Positions 45,921-56,213 are shown, counted from the stretch's first letter. The stretch is 64,000 bases of DNA from Candidatus Aminicenantales bacterium (GCA_049512315.1 JBEKXF010000010.1:62001-126000); one strand, 5' to 3'. Numbers and translations are program-made. Notes: generated by a model not told the origin, from the sequence alone.

Positions 45921-46574
45921 TTAAGACAGGATCAGCTTGCGATTATAGAATGCTTCGGCGTATCCGTCGGGTGCGTTCGATTCTATCCCCCGCAATCTCA
46001 TGATCGCCATGAATGTTTCCTTTGTGAACCACCGGTTTCCGGCCTGCGACTTGAAATATTTGAGGATAAGCCGGATTTTTGTCCCGCAGACGGTCTCGTC
46101 CAGGGGGACGAAAACGTTCGGGGCCCCGAGGTCGCCGTCGTACTTGGGGATTTCGTACTCCAGGATGAGATGGTCCCGGAAGGTGTTCCAGGTGAGCTCG
46201 GAAACCAGCCGATGGTCCTGGTGCAGGTCCGAACGGCCGTGCGTGAAAATCAGGTCGGGGTCGACCGCCAGCTTCAACTCCTCGAAGAATTCCTTGATCT
46301 CGCCGCCGGCATAAGGAAAGAATCCGTCTCTGAATTCCCTAACGACGACCGTCTTGTCTGCCACTCCCGCGAGGAAGGCCGCGGCGCTTGCCTCGGCTTC
46401 CTTTCTCCTTCTTTCATCGGCGCTGAGGACCACCCATTCGAAGGCGATCCTCTTCTGTTCTTCGATCAGCTTCAGGACCGTCCCGCCGCAGCCGATCTCG
46501 ATATCGTCGCTGTGGGCTCCGAGACAGAGAACCTTGAATGAATCCCCGCGTCGAGCGAGCTTCAGGTCCATCAT
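45921..46574 (-). CDS. PIG-L/LmbE family deacetylase
   Basis: GAHSDDIE, RRKEA, HQDH; ATG 46574 overlaps the rfbF stop. Confidence 0.88.
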   Translation of the reverse strand: MMDLKLARRGDSFKVLCLGAHSDDIEIGCGGTVLKLIEEQKRIAFEWVVLSADERRRKEAEASAAAFLAGVADKTVVVREFRDGFFPYAGGEIKEFFEELKLAVDPDLIFTHGRSDLHQDHRLVSELTWNTFRDHLILEYEIPKYDGDLGAPNVFVPLDETVCGTKIRLILKYFKSQAGNRWFTKETFMAIMRLRGIESNAPDGYAEAFYNRKLILS

Positions 46575-47359
46575 TTCTTTCCTCTCCAGACTTCCCACGG
46601 CATGTCGTCTTTGGCAACCATCTCGTCCAGGAAGAGCTTGTCCTTGAAGGTGTCCATGGCCATCCAGAAGCCCTGGTGCTTGTGGGTCATGATCCGCTTC
46701 TGCTCGATCAGCCGACAAAAGGGTTCCTTGACGAGGTCCTCCCCCTCTTGGATGTATTTGAAGATCTCTTTTCTGAAGATGAAATATCCCGCATTGATCC
46801 AGATCCCGGATTCGCCGAGAGGGCTGATCGAGGCAACCTGGCTGTCCTTCTTGATCGTTACGACATGGAAGCTCTGCGTCGGCTTGACGGCAAGAAAGGA
46901 GGCGATTTTGTCCCGGGCCAGAAACCGGGCCAGATAATCGGAGAAGTTGAGGTCCGCCAGGCCGTCCGCATAGTTCGCCAAGAAGATATCGTCGTCGCCC
47001 ACGTGTTTCTTGACGGCGCATAGTCTCTGCCCGATATTGGAATTCAACCCCGTGTCGACGAAGGTGATCTTCCAGTCACTGATATCGCTGTTCAGCAAAT
47101 TCAGATCTTTGCCCCCCTTGGTCAGGACGAAATCGTTGGAGACGCACTCGTCATAATTCACGAAGTACTTTTTGATGAGATCTCCCCGGTGTCCCAGGCA
47201 CAGGATAAACTCCTTGTGGCCATAGTGCGCGTAGTACTTCATGACTTGCCAGAGGATCGGCCGGTATCCGAGCACGACCATCGGTTTGGGGATGGTCTCC
47301 GAATACTCCCGAAGCCGCATTCCTAATCCACCGCAAAAGAGCACCACTTTCATGCCCAT
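46571..47359 (-). CDS. rfbF: Glucose-1-phosphate cytidylyltransferase
   Basis: GGLGMRL..PKPMV, FVDTG, NYADG, WINAG, FWMAMDT. Confidence 0.88.
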   Translation of the reverse strand: MGMKVVLFCGGLGMRLREYSETIPKPMVVLGYRPILWQVMKYYAHYGHKEFILCLGHRGDLIKKYFVNYDECVSNDFVLTKGGKDLNLLNSDISDWKITFVDTGLNSNIGQRLCAVKKHVGDDDIFLANYADGLADLNFSDYLARFLARDKIASFLAVKPTQSFHVVTIKKDSQVASISPLGESGIWINAGYFIFRKEIFKYIQEGEDLVKEPFCRLIEQKRIMTHKHQGFWMAMDTFKDKLFLDEMVAKDDMPWEVWRGKK

Positions 47360-47384
47360 CTCTCCCCTTCCATCCCATAAAATT

Positions 47385-48683
47385 TCATTCTGGCCGTTCC
47401 TCCAGGAGATTCGCTTTCGCCAACGAATTCGCCGCTTTCTTGATCACCGAGAACTCAAGTCCCGACCTTTCTGCGATGTCGAGCAGGCTGTTGCCGCCAT
47501 CGGACATGTTCAGGACCCAAAGCAACGCAAGCTCATTCACTCCAGCTGAAATATAGAGACCTCGTTTTCCCAGCTGGGGTTCGCATTTCTGATTCCGGCT
47601 CAGGCAAATTCGATTGCCTTCCAGCACGTTGAGGATGGCCAGGATTTTCTCATAGCTCTCCGTCAGGGAATCGGGGGACACGAATTCCAGGTTGTCCGCA
47701 GAGGTATGGTATTCGGGGTATTCTCCGTGAGGCGTTCTCGAGATTCTGCCGATGGGAAGGTTGAATCCCGGCGAACAATACTGCCGCTCGTCATAACCGT
47801 ACGGTTGAAAATCCAGCAGTCGATAGGGTCGGCCCGAATGCCCGAGGACGTGGGCGGCGGCCCGGTCTATCTCGGCGTTGCCCCGGCGGCTCTTCTTGTA
47901 AGTAATGTCCCCCCTGTCGCCAACGCCTGTAACGACCAGGCCGGCCTTTATATTTTTAGTTTTCTCTTCATTCAGGCTAAGCCATGCGATCGACCCGATG
48001 GTGCCGGGGATGAAAAGAAACCTGTAGGAGAAGCGGCGGCCGACGGTCCCCAGATGCTTGGCCAGCATCGTCGCCAGCCCGATCCCCGAGAGGTTATCGT
48101 TGGCCAAGGACGGATGGCAGGCGTGGGCCGAGATGAGGATTTCTTCCTCCTTTTCACCCGGGAGCAAGAGCTCCCCATAAGTCAGGAAGCCGTCTTCAAG
48201 CCCGGAATCGATGACGACCTCGTAATCCCCCTTGTCCAGAGTGAGGAATTGCCTGTGGCTCAGACAGAAGCCCCAGTTCTCCTCGTAGTAGGAGGTCTTG
48301 TAGGGGACCCAGTCCGGGTGTGCCGGCAGGGTGAAAAGATGCTCTTTCAGGGCTTTCAAAGAGATACGCTTCTTGACCGGGGTGCTGTAGCTCACGACGT
48401 GCAAGTTGGATTTCCGGAAGTCGATGATTTTCCTGCCTTTCGGATTCTTGATATAGGCGTCCCGGATGTTCCATTCCTTCGGCACGGTCCAGTCAAATAC
48501 TCGTGTTCCGGAAGGCACCTCACGGATCTCGAGAGGGACTTGCCGCCTGAGGATTTCCATGGTCTTGCGGAACCCGTCCCCCGTAATGCTCCGGCATATC
48601 GGGAAAAGCTCAGCCATCAACCGGTGGATCTGGAGGCCGACGCCAGTTTCTTTGGCCGGATACTTTGGAATCTTGGCGCGCAT
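47385..48683 (-). CDS. DUF4910/DUF2172 aminopeptidase-like protein with C-terminal HTH
   Basis: PICRSITGDG, FDWTVPKEW, HPSLANDNLSG, YGYDERQY, YHTSADN. Confidence 0.82.
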   Translation of the reverse strand: MRAKIPKYPAKETGVGLQIHRLMAELFPICRSITGDGFRKTMEILRRQVPLEIREVPSGTRVFDWTVPKEWNIRDAYIKNPKGRKIIDFRKSNLHVVSYSTPVKKRISLKALKEHLFTLPAHPDWVPYKTSYYEENWGFCLSHRQFLTLDKGDYEVVIDSGLEDGFLTYGELLLPGEKEEEILISAHACHPSLANDNLSGIGLATMLAKHLGTVGRRFSYRFLFIPGTIGSIAWLSLNEEKTKNIKAGLVVTGVGDRGDITYKKSRRGNAEIDRAAAHVLGHSGRPYRLLDFQPYGYDERQYCSPGFNLPIGRISRTPHGEYPEYHTSADNLEFVSPDSLTESYEKILAILNVLEGNRICLSRNQKCEPQLGKRGLYISAGVNELALLWVLNMSDGGNSLLDIAERSGLEFSVIKKAANSLAKANLLEERPE

Positions 48684-48698
48684 GGTTTCCGGCCTTAT

Positions 48699-49229
48699 TC
48701 ACCCGTTGAAGTCGGGATAATTCCGGTCCCGGTCCGAAATGATCATGACGTCCGATGGCCAGGCGATGCCGAAGGCCGGGTCGTTCCATCGGAAGCCTCT
48801 CGCATGGTCGGGCGCATGGAACTCCGAGATCTGGTAATGCACCTCGGTGTTGTCCTCGAGCGTCAGGAAACCGTGGGCAAATCCCTCGGGGACATAGAGC
48901 ATGGTCCTGTTGTCGGAGGTCAGGGTGACGCTCAGGTGGCCCTTGAAGGTCGGGAAATCCCGGCGCAAGTCGACAACGACATCGCACAAGGACCCCCTCG
49001 TGCAGCGGACGAGCTTGGCCTCCTCGAACGGCTTGACCTGATAATGCATCCCCCGGAGCGTCCCCTTCTTGGCGTTAAAAGAAATGCTGCACTGGGCCAA
49101 CCGGGGGTTCAGGCCGTGAACTTCGAATTCCCGCCGGCACCAGGTCCGGGCGAAAAACCCGCGGTCGTCCTCGCGCCTCTCGATGTCGACGATGTAGGCG
49201 CCCTTCAACTTGGTCTCGCGGAAGATCAT
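48699..49229 (-). CDS. rfbC: NDP-4-keto-6-deoxyhexose 3,5-epimerase
   Basis: DDRGFFAR, GTLRGMHYQ, PEGFAHGF, ISDRD. Confidence 0.92.
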   Translation of the reverse strand: MIFRETKLKGAYIVDIERREDDRGFFARTWCRREFEVHGLNPRLAQCSISFNAKKGTLRGMHYQVKPFEEAKLVRCTRGSLCDVVVDLRRDFPTFKGHLSVTLTSDNRTMLYVPEGFAHGFLTLEDNTEVHYQISEFHAPDHARGFRWNDPAFGIAWPSDVMIISDRDRNYPDFNG

Positions 49230-50464
49230 TCGTAGACCTTGACTTCGGGGATGGGCACGATGAACTTCCCGCCCCAATCCCGGATGTAGGACATCTGCCC
49301 CATGATCTCGTCCTTGAAATTCCAGGGCAATATGAAAAGATAATCCGGCCGCGTTTCACGGATTCTATCGGGGGAAAAGATCGGAATATGGGTTCCGGGT
49401 GTGAACTTCCCCTGTTTGTAGGGGTTGCGGTCGACGGTGTAGTCGAGGAAATCCACGCGGATCCCGCAGTAGTTGAGAAGGGTATTGCCCTTTCCCGGCG
49501 CGCCGTAGCCGCAGATGGTTTTTCCCGCGCGTTTAGCTTCGATCAGGAATTCCAGCAGTTTTCGCTTGGTCTCCCTGACCTTTTCCGAAAATGCGGCATA
49601 GGTCTCCATCCGGGCGAGGCCCGCCGTCTCTTCCCTTGTCCTGAGGCCGGCAATTCTCTCCGTCACCGGCTTTGTCCCGTCCTCGGCGTGCCTGGCGTAT
49701 ATTCTCAATGACCCGCCATGGGTGGAGAGCTCTTCGACGTCGAAGATCGTCAACCCGTGGGCGGCAAAGATCTTTTCCGCCGCGAGGAGCGAAAAATACG
49801 AGAAGTGCTCGTGGTAAATGGTGTCGAACTGGTTCTCGTCCATGAGCCGGGCCAGATGGGGAAATTCCATGGTGATGACCCCACTGGGCTTGAGCAGGAT
49901 TTTCATGCCCCAGACGAAATCGTTGAGCCCCGGGACCTGGGCCAGCACGTTATTCCCGATGATGAGGTCCGCTTTCCTTCCCTTCGAGGCCAGGCCCGAG
50001 GCCATCTTTTCTCCGAAGAACTCGACGCGCGTCGGGATGCCCTTTTGGATGGCCACCTGGGCCACGTTGCGCGCCGGTTCGACCCCCAGGACCGGAACGC
50101 CTTTCTCGACGAAATACTGGAGCAGATAGCCGTCGTTGCTGGCCAGTTCGACGACAAAACTCGAGGTGCCGATGCCGAAGCGCTCGGCCATCAGGTCGGT
50201 GTAATTTTTGGCGTGCTTCAGCCAGGAATCGGCGTAGGAAGAAAAGTAGGCGTATTCGGTGAAGATCTCCTCCGGGCTGACGTATTCCTCGAGCTGGGCC
50301 AGGTAACACCTATCGCATACGTAAACGCGCAGGGGATAAAAGGGCTCCATCCGGTTTAACTGTTCGGCGCTCAAGTAGCTTTCGCAGAGAGGGGACATGC
50401 CGAGGTCGACGAGCGTGTGCCCCAAGGGCGAGGCGCAGAATCTGCAGAGGGGTTCCGGGCTCAT
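49226..50464 (-). CDS. NDP-hexose C-methyltransferase (Zn-binding, SAM-dependent)
   Basis: CRFC...CDRC, ELASNDG, FDTIYHEH, THGGS, YGAPGKGNTLL. Confidence 0.9.
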   Translation of the reverse strand: MSPEPLCRFCASPLGHTLVDLGMSPLCESYLSAEQLNRMEPFYPLRVYVCDRCYLAQLEEYVSPEEIFTEYAYFSSYADSWLKHAKNYTDLMAERFGIGTSSFVVELASNDGYLLQYFVEKGVPVLGVEPARNVAQVAIQKGIPTRVEFFGEKMASGLASKGRKADLIIGNNVLAQVPGLNDFVWGMKILLKPSGVITMEFPHLARLMDENQFDTIYHEHFSYFSLLAAEKIFAAHGLTIFDVEELSTHGGSLRIYARHAEDGTKPVTERIAGLRTREETAGLARMETYAAFSEKVRETKRKLLEFLIEAKRAGKTICGYGAPGKGNTLLNYCGIRVDFLDYTVDRNPYKQGKFTPGTHIPIFSPDRIRETRPDYLFILPWNFKDEIMGQMSYIRDWGGKFIVPIPEVKVYE

Positions 50465-51510
50465 GCCCCCGTCCACTCCAATTTGTCGTTCAGGAGCCCC
50501 TTTTTTCGAAGCTCCATCAAAATATTGAGCCGCATATACTTCGAATCGCGGAACTCCCCATCCCGGAATCCCATGGATTCCAGCCCGGATTTCAATTCCC
50601 GGATGGACTCCGTCAATCCGACGGCGGGCTGATGCGCCGGAGCGAGCTTCTTGTAGAGGTCGAAGTTGACCCTGTACGATCGCTTATCCGGTTGAGCATC
50701 TTTGTTGATGGAAACGCGAGTCCCGGGAATGGCCGAAGCCACGGCCTCGGCCAGATGTTTGACCTGGTAATTTCCCGACTCGTGCCCCACGTTGACCGCC
50801 AGGAAGTCCCCCCCGCTCCTGTCGTCGCGGGAGATCGCCCAATCGATCGCCCTGGCCATGTCCTTGACGTCGATCAGCGGCCGCCACGGCGACCCGTCGC
50901 TGAGGATCGTGATCTCGCCCGAGGCCACGGCCCCCGCGACGAAATCGTTGAGGACCAGGTCCAATCTCAACCTGTCGCTCCAGCCGCAGGCGGTCGAAAA
51001 CCTCAACGACGTCACCTTGAACGATTTGGAGGCTAGCGGTTCCAGGTCCCTTTCCGTATAAACCTTGGATTTCGCGTAGGCCGTCAGGGGGTTCAACCGC
51101 GACCGCTCTGTCCTCGCGCTGTCGTCGGCCGTGCCGTACATGCTGCAGCTCGAAGCGAAGATGAACGACCTGACACCCGCATCTCTTGCCCTCCGGGCGA
51201 GGCCGATGCTGGCCCGATAGTTGATGTCAAGCGTCACTTCCTCGAACCTGTCCCCGATGGGGTCGTTGGAAATGGCGGCTAGATGGACGACGGCATCCAC
51301 CCCTTGAAGGACCTCTTCGGGGAGCCTCCGGACGTCCGCGAAATATTGAATATTCAGCTTGCGCTCGGCGAGCGCCCCCATGCCCGTCGTACAATTGCCG
51401 TAATAACCGATGTCCAGTCCGGCCAGAATGGAGTCCGGATGCGACGCGCGGAGCTGATTGACAACGGCCGGCCCGACATAACCCAGATTTCCGGTGATGA
51501 GGATCTTCAT
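50461..51510 (-). CDS. NAD-dependent NDP-sugar epimerase/dehydratase
   Basis: TGNLGYVG, HLAAISND, SSCSMYG, YAKSK. Confidence 0.9.
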   Translation of the reverse strand: MKILITGNLGYVGPAVVNQLRASHPDSILAGLDIGYYGNCTTGMGALAERKLNIQYFADVRRLPEEVLQGVDAVVHLAAISNDPIGDRFEEVTLDINYRASIGLARRARDAGVRSFIFASSCSMYGTADDSARTERSRLNPLTAYAKSKVYTERDLEPLASKSFKVTSLRFSTACGWSDRLRLDLVLNDFVAGAVASGEITILSDGSPWRPLIDVKDMARAIDWAISRDDRSGGDFLAVNVGHESGNYQVKHLAEAVASAIPGTRVSINKDAQPDKRSYRVNFDLYKKLAPAHQPAVGLTESIRELKSGLESMGFRDGEFRDSKYMRLNILMELRKKGLLNDKLEWTGA

Positions 51511-51530
51511 GGAGGTCCCTCTCCTCATAT

Positions 51531-51559
51531 AAACTATGTGATTCCCGGTTCAGCGTCAA
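51531..51559 (-). promoter_or_regulatory. Putative promoter of the nucleotide-sugar operon (divergent pair)
   Basis: Minus strand TTGACG-N17-TAGTTT. Confidence 0.5.
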
Positions 51560-51573
51560 TCCCTTTTCTCTCC

Positions 51574-51603
51574 TTGAAACTCCCGGCTTGGGGGTGGTAT
51601 ATT
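51574..51603 (+). promoter_or_regulatory. Putative promoter of the wzy-GT-wzx-GT operon
   Basis: TTGAAA-N18-TATATT with TG extension. Confidence 0.55.
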
Positions 51604-51633
51604 GACGGGCGGAAAAGAGAAGAGGAGACATAC

Positions 51634-52977
51634 TTGTTGCCAACACTCGCATTAGCCTTATGCATAGTCTTCGTCCTTTTCCTGCTTCGACTCGAACACA
51701 AACAGAGCCCTGATATAACCAGAGCCCTCTGGGTCCCGACCGTCTGGGTGCTTTACATCGCCAGCAAGCCGCTGGGGATATGGTTCCAATCAGCGAGCGG
51801 CGCCCCTGAGGCGGGAAGCCCTTTGGACAGGACCTTCCAAATCTTTCTCATGCTGGTGGCCCTGGTCATACTCGTCCGGAGAGAATTCGACTGGTCCGGC
51901 GCTATAAAAGAGAATCCGTGGTTGGTTGCACTCATCCTCTTTATGCTCGTCAGCGTTATCTGGTCGGACCTGCCGACGATTTCTTTTAAACGGTGGGTAA
52001 GGGAGCTCCTGGCGGTCCTAATGGCCTTCGTCGTCCTCTCGGAGCCATCACCCCGGAAGGCCCTGGAAAGCATCCTCAGAAGGGCGACCTACGTCCTTAT
52101 TCCCTTCTCTCCCCTTCTCATCAAGTATTTCCATGAATACGGCGTCGAATACGGCCCTTGGTCGGGCGAGGAAATGTGGATCGGAGTTACCCTCCAAAAG
52201 AACAGCTTGGCCAGTCTGTGCATGATTTCCATCGTTTTTCTGATCTGGTCACTTATCAGGAGATGGCAGGGACACAACGCCCAGGTTTGGAAGTATCAGA
52301 CTCTCATGGAGATATTCGTTCTGGGGTTAGCTTTTTGGCTCATGGGCGGGCCCAGGGGCAATATTTTCTATTCCGCCACATCGGTCTATGCTCTTAGTGC
52401 GGGCCTCCTGGTTTACGGAGGATACTTTATAGCGAAGAGATATAACAGGAGGATATCGTCCGGCGCATTAAGATCCGCCGTGATCGTCATCATTGTTTTT
52501 GGAGTCGTTTCCGTGTATACCGGTGGGTCGAGGTTGAGATTCTTCGCCTCTTCAGCGGGGCGGGATGCGACCTTGACCGGCAGAACTGAAGTGTGGGCAT
52601 CGCTGTTGCCCGTGGTGATGAGGAGCCCGCTTATCGGAGGTGGATTTGGGGGCTTTTGGACCCCAAGAACCCAGGAGCTATTCCGGATCACCGGAGCTCA
52701 CAGCGGATATCTGGACGTCCTCATAGGCCTCGGCTTCGCCGGGGTAGTGCTCGTTTCCTTATTCTTTTTATCTTCGTGCCGCAAAGCCCACCAAGAACTT
52801 TCCCGAGACTTCGATTGGGGAATCCTCTGGATTTGCTATATCATCATGTCCGTGGTTCACAACATCGGCGAGTCTTCAATGGATTCTTTCACGAGTTATC
52901 TGACCGCGATCGTCCTGTTTTTTACTGTTTCTTCTTCGCCTATCTTTCGCGCTAAGAGCGACTCCGTTGGAAATTAG
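51634..52977 (+). CDS. O-antigen ligase / Wzy polymerase family membrane protein
   Basis: Polytopic; QKNSL, GRDATLTGRTEVW, GAHSGYLD..LG; TTG after AGGAG. Confidence 0.85.
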   Translation: MLPTLALALCIVFVLFLLRLEHKQSPDITRALWVPTVWVLYIASKPLGIWFQSASGAPEAGSPLDRTFQIFLMLVALVILVRREFDWSGAIKENPWLVALILFMLVSVIWSDLPTISFKRWVRELLAVLMAFVVLSEPSPRKALESILRRATYVLIPFSPLLIKYFHEYGVEYGPWSGEEMWIGVTLQKNSLASLCMISIVFLIWSLIRRWQGHNAQVWKYQTLMEIFVLGLAFWLMGGPRGNIFYSATSVYALSAGLLVYGGYFIAKRYNRRISSGALRSAVIVIIVFGVVSVYTGGSRLRFFASSAGRDATLTGRTEVWASLLPVVMRSPLIGGGFGGFWTPRTQELFRITGAHSGYLDVLIGLGFAGVVLVSLFFLSSCRKAHQELSRDFDWGILWICYIIMSVVHNIGESSMDSFTSYLTAIVLFFTVSSSPIFRAKSDSVGN

Positions 52978-52988
52978 AATCTGACGCC

Positions 52989-53900
52989 ATGAAAGACCAT
53001 ATCTCCGTCTGTATTTGTACGTTCCATCGTAACGAAATGTTAGAGCGACTGTTGCATAGCCTGAGGCCGCAGGAAACTGCCGGCCTATTCGATTTTTCGG
53101 TTGTAGTTGTAGACAACGACGCCGCGGGGCCAGCCCGGGATACGGTTTCGCGGCTGAGTGCCGAGCTCGGTTTGGATATTGTCTACGGCATCGAGCCGGA
53201 GCAAACGATTCCCGCTGCCAGAAACCATGCCTTGCGGCTCGCGCGCGGCAACTACATCGCCATCATCGATGATGATGAATTCCCGCCGCAAACCTGGTTA
53301 GTCACGTTGTACCGGGCCATCCAGACGTTCAGAGTGGATGGGGCCCTGGGGCCGGTGCATCCATTTTTTAGCGGACAACCCCGGGCATGGTTGTTAAAAG
53401 GGCGCTTTTGCGAGCGTCCGGTTTACAGGACCGGCACCCTCCTGGATTGGAGACAAACCCGGACCGGCAATGTCCTTTTGAAGAGAGGCGCCTTTGACAG
53501 CCATCAACTCCGTTTTGACTTGAAGTGCAGGACGAGCGGCTCGGACCGCAAATTCTTCAAGCAGGCGATGGAGTTGGGCTACAGGTTCGTCTCCGTGAAA
53601 GAAGCTCCGGTTTACGAGGTTGTACCTCCCGAGCGTTGGACCAGAGGCTTCTACGTGAAGCGATCTCTCCTTCAAGGGCTCAACGCGCATAGGAACTTCG
53701 TCGGAGAGTGGCGCGGGACTTCGCGCATTATCGCGCCCGTGAGATCGGTCGCCGCCCTAGCGGGCTACGCTGTGGCCCTTCCTTTAGCGGCATGCATGGG
53801 AGCCCACCTCTTGACGAAGTGCTTGGCAGGGGGCGCCTACCATCTCGGCTGGTTTTCATCCATGCTCGGCATCGAACTGGTCAAGAAACGGGATTTTTAG
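52989..53900 (+). CDS. GT2 glycosyltransferase
   Basis: ISVCICTF, VVVDND, AARN, IDDDE. Confidence 0.92.
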   Translation: MKDHISVCICTFHRNEMLERLLHSLRPQETAGLFDFSVVVVDNDAAGPARDTVSRLSAELGLDIVYGIEPEQTIPAARNHALRLARGNYIAIIDDDEFPPQTWLVTLYRAIQTFRVDGALGPVHPFFSGQPRAWLLKGRFCERPVYRTGTLLDWRQTRTGNVLLKRGAFDSHQLRFDLKCRTSGSDRKFFKQAMELGYRFVSVKEAPVYEVVPPERWTRGFYVKRSLLQGLNAHRNFVGEWRGTSRIIAPVRSVAALAGYAVALPLAACMGAHLLTKCLAGGAYHLGWFSSMLGIELVKKRDF

Positions 53901-55225
53901 TGAAGCTTTTCCTGCTAAGTCTCCTCGCCAAGCTAAGGAAATCCTTATTCTTCAAGAACATGATGGTCGTCATGGCCGGCACGGGCATGGCCCAAGTCAT
54001 CGGTTTCCTCCTGTCTCCGGTAATCAGTCGCCTATTTTCCCCTTCGGACTTTGGTGTGTCCGGCTCCTTCGCGGCTGTAGCCGGCGTTATTATGGCTGGC
54101 GTGACGTTGGGATATGACACGGCGATCATGCTTCCGAAAGACAAAGAGCACGCTTTCAACATTTTTTCTCTTTCGATCCTCTGCACGGTCATTATTAGCT
54201 TCATAAGCCTGTTGTGGTGCCTGATTGCTCCCGCAACCGCGAACGGCTTGATGAAAACCCAAGGCGCTTGGCCATTGGCACTGCTCGTATTATCGATTAT
54301 GGTTTATGGTATCAATTCGTCATGCCAGGCCTGGTCGGTAAGAGCCAAGGCTTTCAAGGCTATATCGGCATCGCAGCTGATTCGAAGCGTATCCGCAAAC
54401 GGATCGAGACTCGGCTTTGGCCTGTTAAAGGGGGGTGCCCAGGGCCTCATTATCAGCGGCATTCTGGGCGATTCGTTGGCCAGCATCAACCTTGTTCGTG
54501 TGCTACTTCCCGACGTTGCGGCCATGCGAGGTCGAGTTCGATGGGGTTTGATTAAGGGATTGGCCAAAGAATATCGCGATTTCCCCTTATATATGGCTTC
54601 TCAGAATGTCATCAATGCTCTATCGGGGGGGTTGCCGATTTTCCTCTTAGCTCACTTTTTCGGCATAGCAATAACCGGGGCTTACGCCTTCGGCATAACC
54701 GTTATTAGCACGCCGATGGGGCTCATAACAGGTGCGCTTCGGCAAGTGCTCTTTCAGAAGGCCAGCGAATGTCAGCACCAGGGCGGAAGCCTGGCCGCGC
54801 TCTATGTCAAGGTTACGGCCGTTCTATTTGCAATGGCCCTCGTGCCTTCGGCTATCTTGATCATCTGGGCACCTCAGCTGTTCACGTGGATATTCGGATC
54901 CCAGTGGCAACTGGCGGGGGAGTTTGCGAGAAGCTTGATCATTTGGCTGGCAGTCGTATTCTGCAACGTCCCGGCGGTCCTGTTCGCAAGGATCATCAGG
55001 ATCCAACGCTTTGTTTTCTTCTATGATTTGGGACTGCTGGCCGCGAGGACCTCGGCCTTGGTCTTAGGAGGCTTGTTGCTCAATGCCCACCAAACCGTTA
55101 TGCTGTTCGCGCTTGCGGGCGCGGCGATGAATGCGTTCCTGATTTTCTATGTGGGCCGCGCCGTGATGAAGAAAGAGGGATCTATTAACTTGGACAGCGT
55201 ACGGGATTTACTCATAAAAGAATAG
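53900..55225 (+). CDS. wzx: Wzx oligosaccharide flippase
   Basis: About 12 TM, PVISRLFSPSDFG, YRDFP, GITVISTP; GTG overlapping the upstream TAG (alternative ATG ~53960). Confidence 0.85.
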   Translation: MKLFLLSLLAKLRKSLFFKNMMVVMAGTGMAQVIGFLLSPVISRLFSPSDFGVSGSFAAVAGVIMAGVTLGYDTAIMLPKDKEHAFNIFSLSILCTVIISFISLLWCLIAPATANGLMKTQGAWPLALLVLSIMVYGINSSCQAWSVRAKAFKAISASQLIRSVSANGSRLGFGLLKGGAQGLIISGILGDSLASINLVRVLLPDVAAMRGRVRWGLIKGLAKEYRDFPLYMASQNVINALSGGLPIFLLAHFFGIAITGAYAFGITVISTPMGLITGALRQVLFQKASECQHQGGSLAALYVKVTAVLFAMALVPSAILIIWAPQLFTWIFGSQWQLAGEFARSLIIWLAVVFCNVPAVLFARIIRIQRFVFFYDLGLLAARTSALVLGGLLLNAHQTVMLFALAGAAMNAFLIFYVGRAVMKKEGSINLDSVRDLLIKE

Positions 55226-55301
55226 CTTCGGAGGAAGAACATGAGCTACTTTTATGCCGGATACAGAACCGATATGTCCGCGACTCCTGAAGAGGGAATT
55301 C

Positions 55302-56213
55302 ATGGGTGACCACATCTCGGTCTGCGTCTGCACATACCGCAGGAATTCCATGCTTGCTAGACTACTGCGGAATCTGGCTCTCCAGGATACGCGTGGTCGG
55401 TTCACCTTTTCTGTGGTCGTGGTTGACAACGATCCTTCCGGGCCGGCGCGGGCGGAAGTTGCGCGACTAAGGTCGGAAGTGAGCATGGAGATTGTATATG
55501 GCGTTGAGCCTGAGAGAACGATCCCTGCGGCCAGAAATCATGCCATTCGCCTGGCGAAAGGCAACTTCATCGGGATCATGGACGATGATGAATTCCCTCC
55601 TCCTCATTGGTTAATCACACTCTACCAAGCCGTGCGAACTTTCGAAGTGGACGGCGCTTTAGGGCCCGTCATTCCTTTCTTTGAACAACCCCCCCCGGCA
55701 TGGCTCAAAAGGAGTGGGCTGTGCGACCTTCCGCAGTGGCGTACCGGAACATTACTGCAGTGGCAGCAAACCCGTACAGGAAATGTCTTGCTCAAGAAGG
55801 ACGTATTTGACCGATATGGGATTTGTTTTGACGAGACATTCAGAACCGGCGGGTCGGACCAGGCCTTCTTCAGACATGCGATGGGATTAGGTTTTCGGTT
55901 CGTTGCAGTTGAGGAGGCTCCTGTTTACGAAATCGTGCCTCCCGAACGCTGGAGCAAGAGTTATTTCTTACGTCGAGCGCTCGTAAACGGTTTCAATGCC
56001 CAGAAATACCTGGCAACCGAGGGCCGTAAACTGAAGTCGATCACTGCTATTCTCAAGTCGGCTATTGCCGTATCGGTCTATACGGTAATTGCTCCAGTTT
56101 GTGCCTGCATAGGAACTCACGTATTGATGAACTGCATGGAAAGGGGATTCTATCATCTGAGCAGGCTTTCGGCCGCGGTCGGAATCGAGCTGTGGAAGAA
56201 GCGGGACTTCTAA
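55302..56213 (+). CDS. GT2 glycosyltransferase, paralog of 52989-53900
   Basis: DHISVCVCT, MDDDEFPP, TRTGNVLLK, C-terminal KKRDF. Confidence 0.92.
   Translation: MGDHISVCVCTYRRNSMLARLLRNLALQDTRGRFTFSVVVVDNDPSGPARAEVARLRSEVSMEIVYGVEPERTIPAARNHAIRLAKGNFIGIMDDDEFPPPHWLITLYQAVRTFEVDGALGPVIPFFEQPPPAWLKRSGLCDLPQWRTGTLLQWQQTRTGNVLLKKDVFDRYGICFDETFRTGGSDQAFFRHAMGLGFRFVAVEEAPVYEIVPPERWSKSYFLRRALVNGFNAQKYLATEGRKLKSITAILKSAIAVSVYTVIAPVCACIGTHVLMNCMERGFYHLSRLSAAVGIELWKKRDF

Noticed and set aside
47706..49235. Long antisense ORFs (also 1920-3179, 22072-22959, 24079-25161, 26181-27452)
   Set aside because: Shadows of motif-bearing genes on the opposite strand, expected at high GC; no motifs of their own
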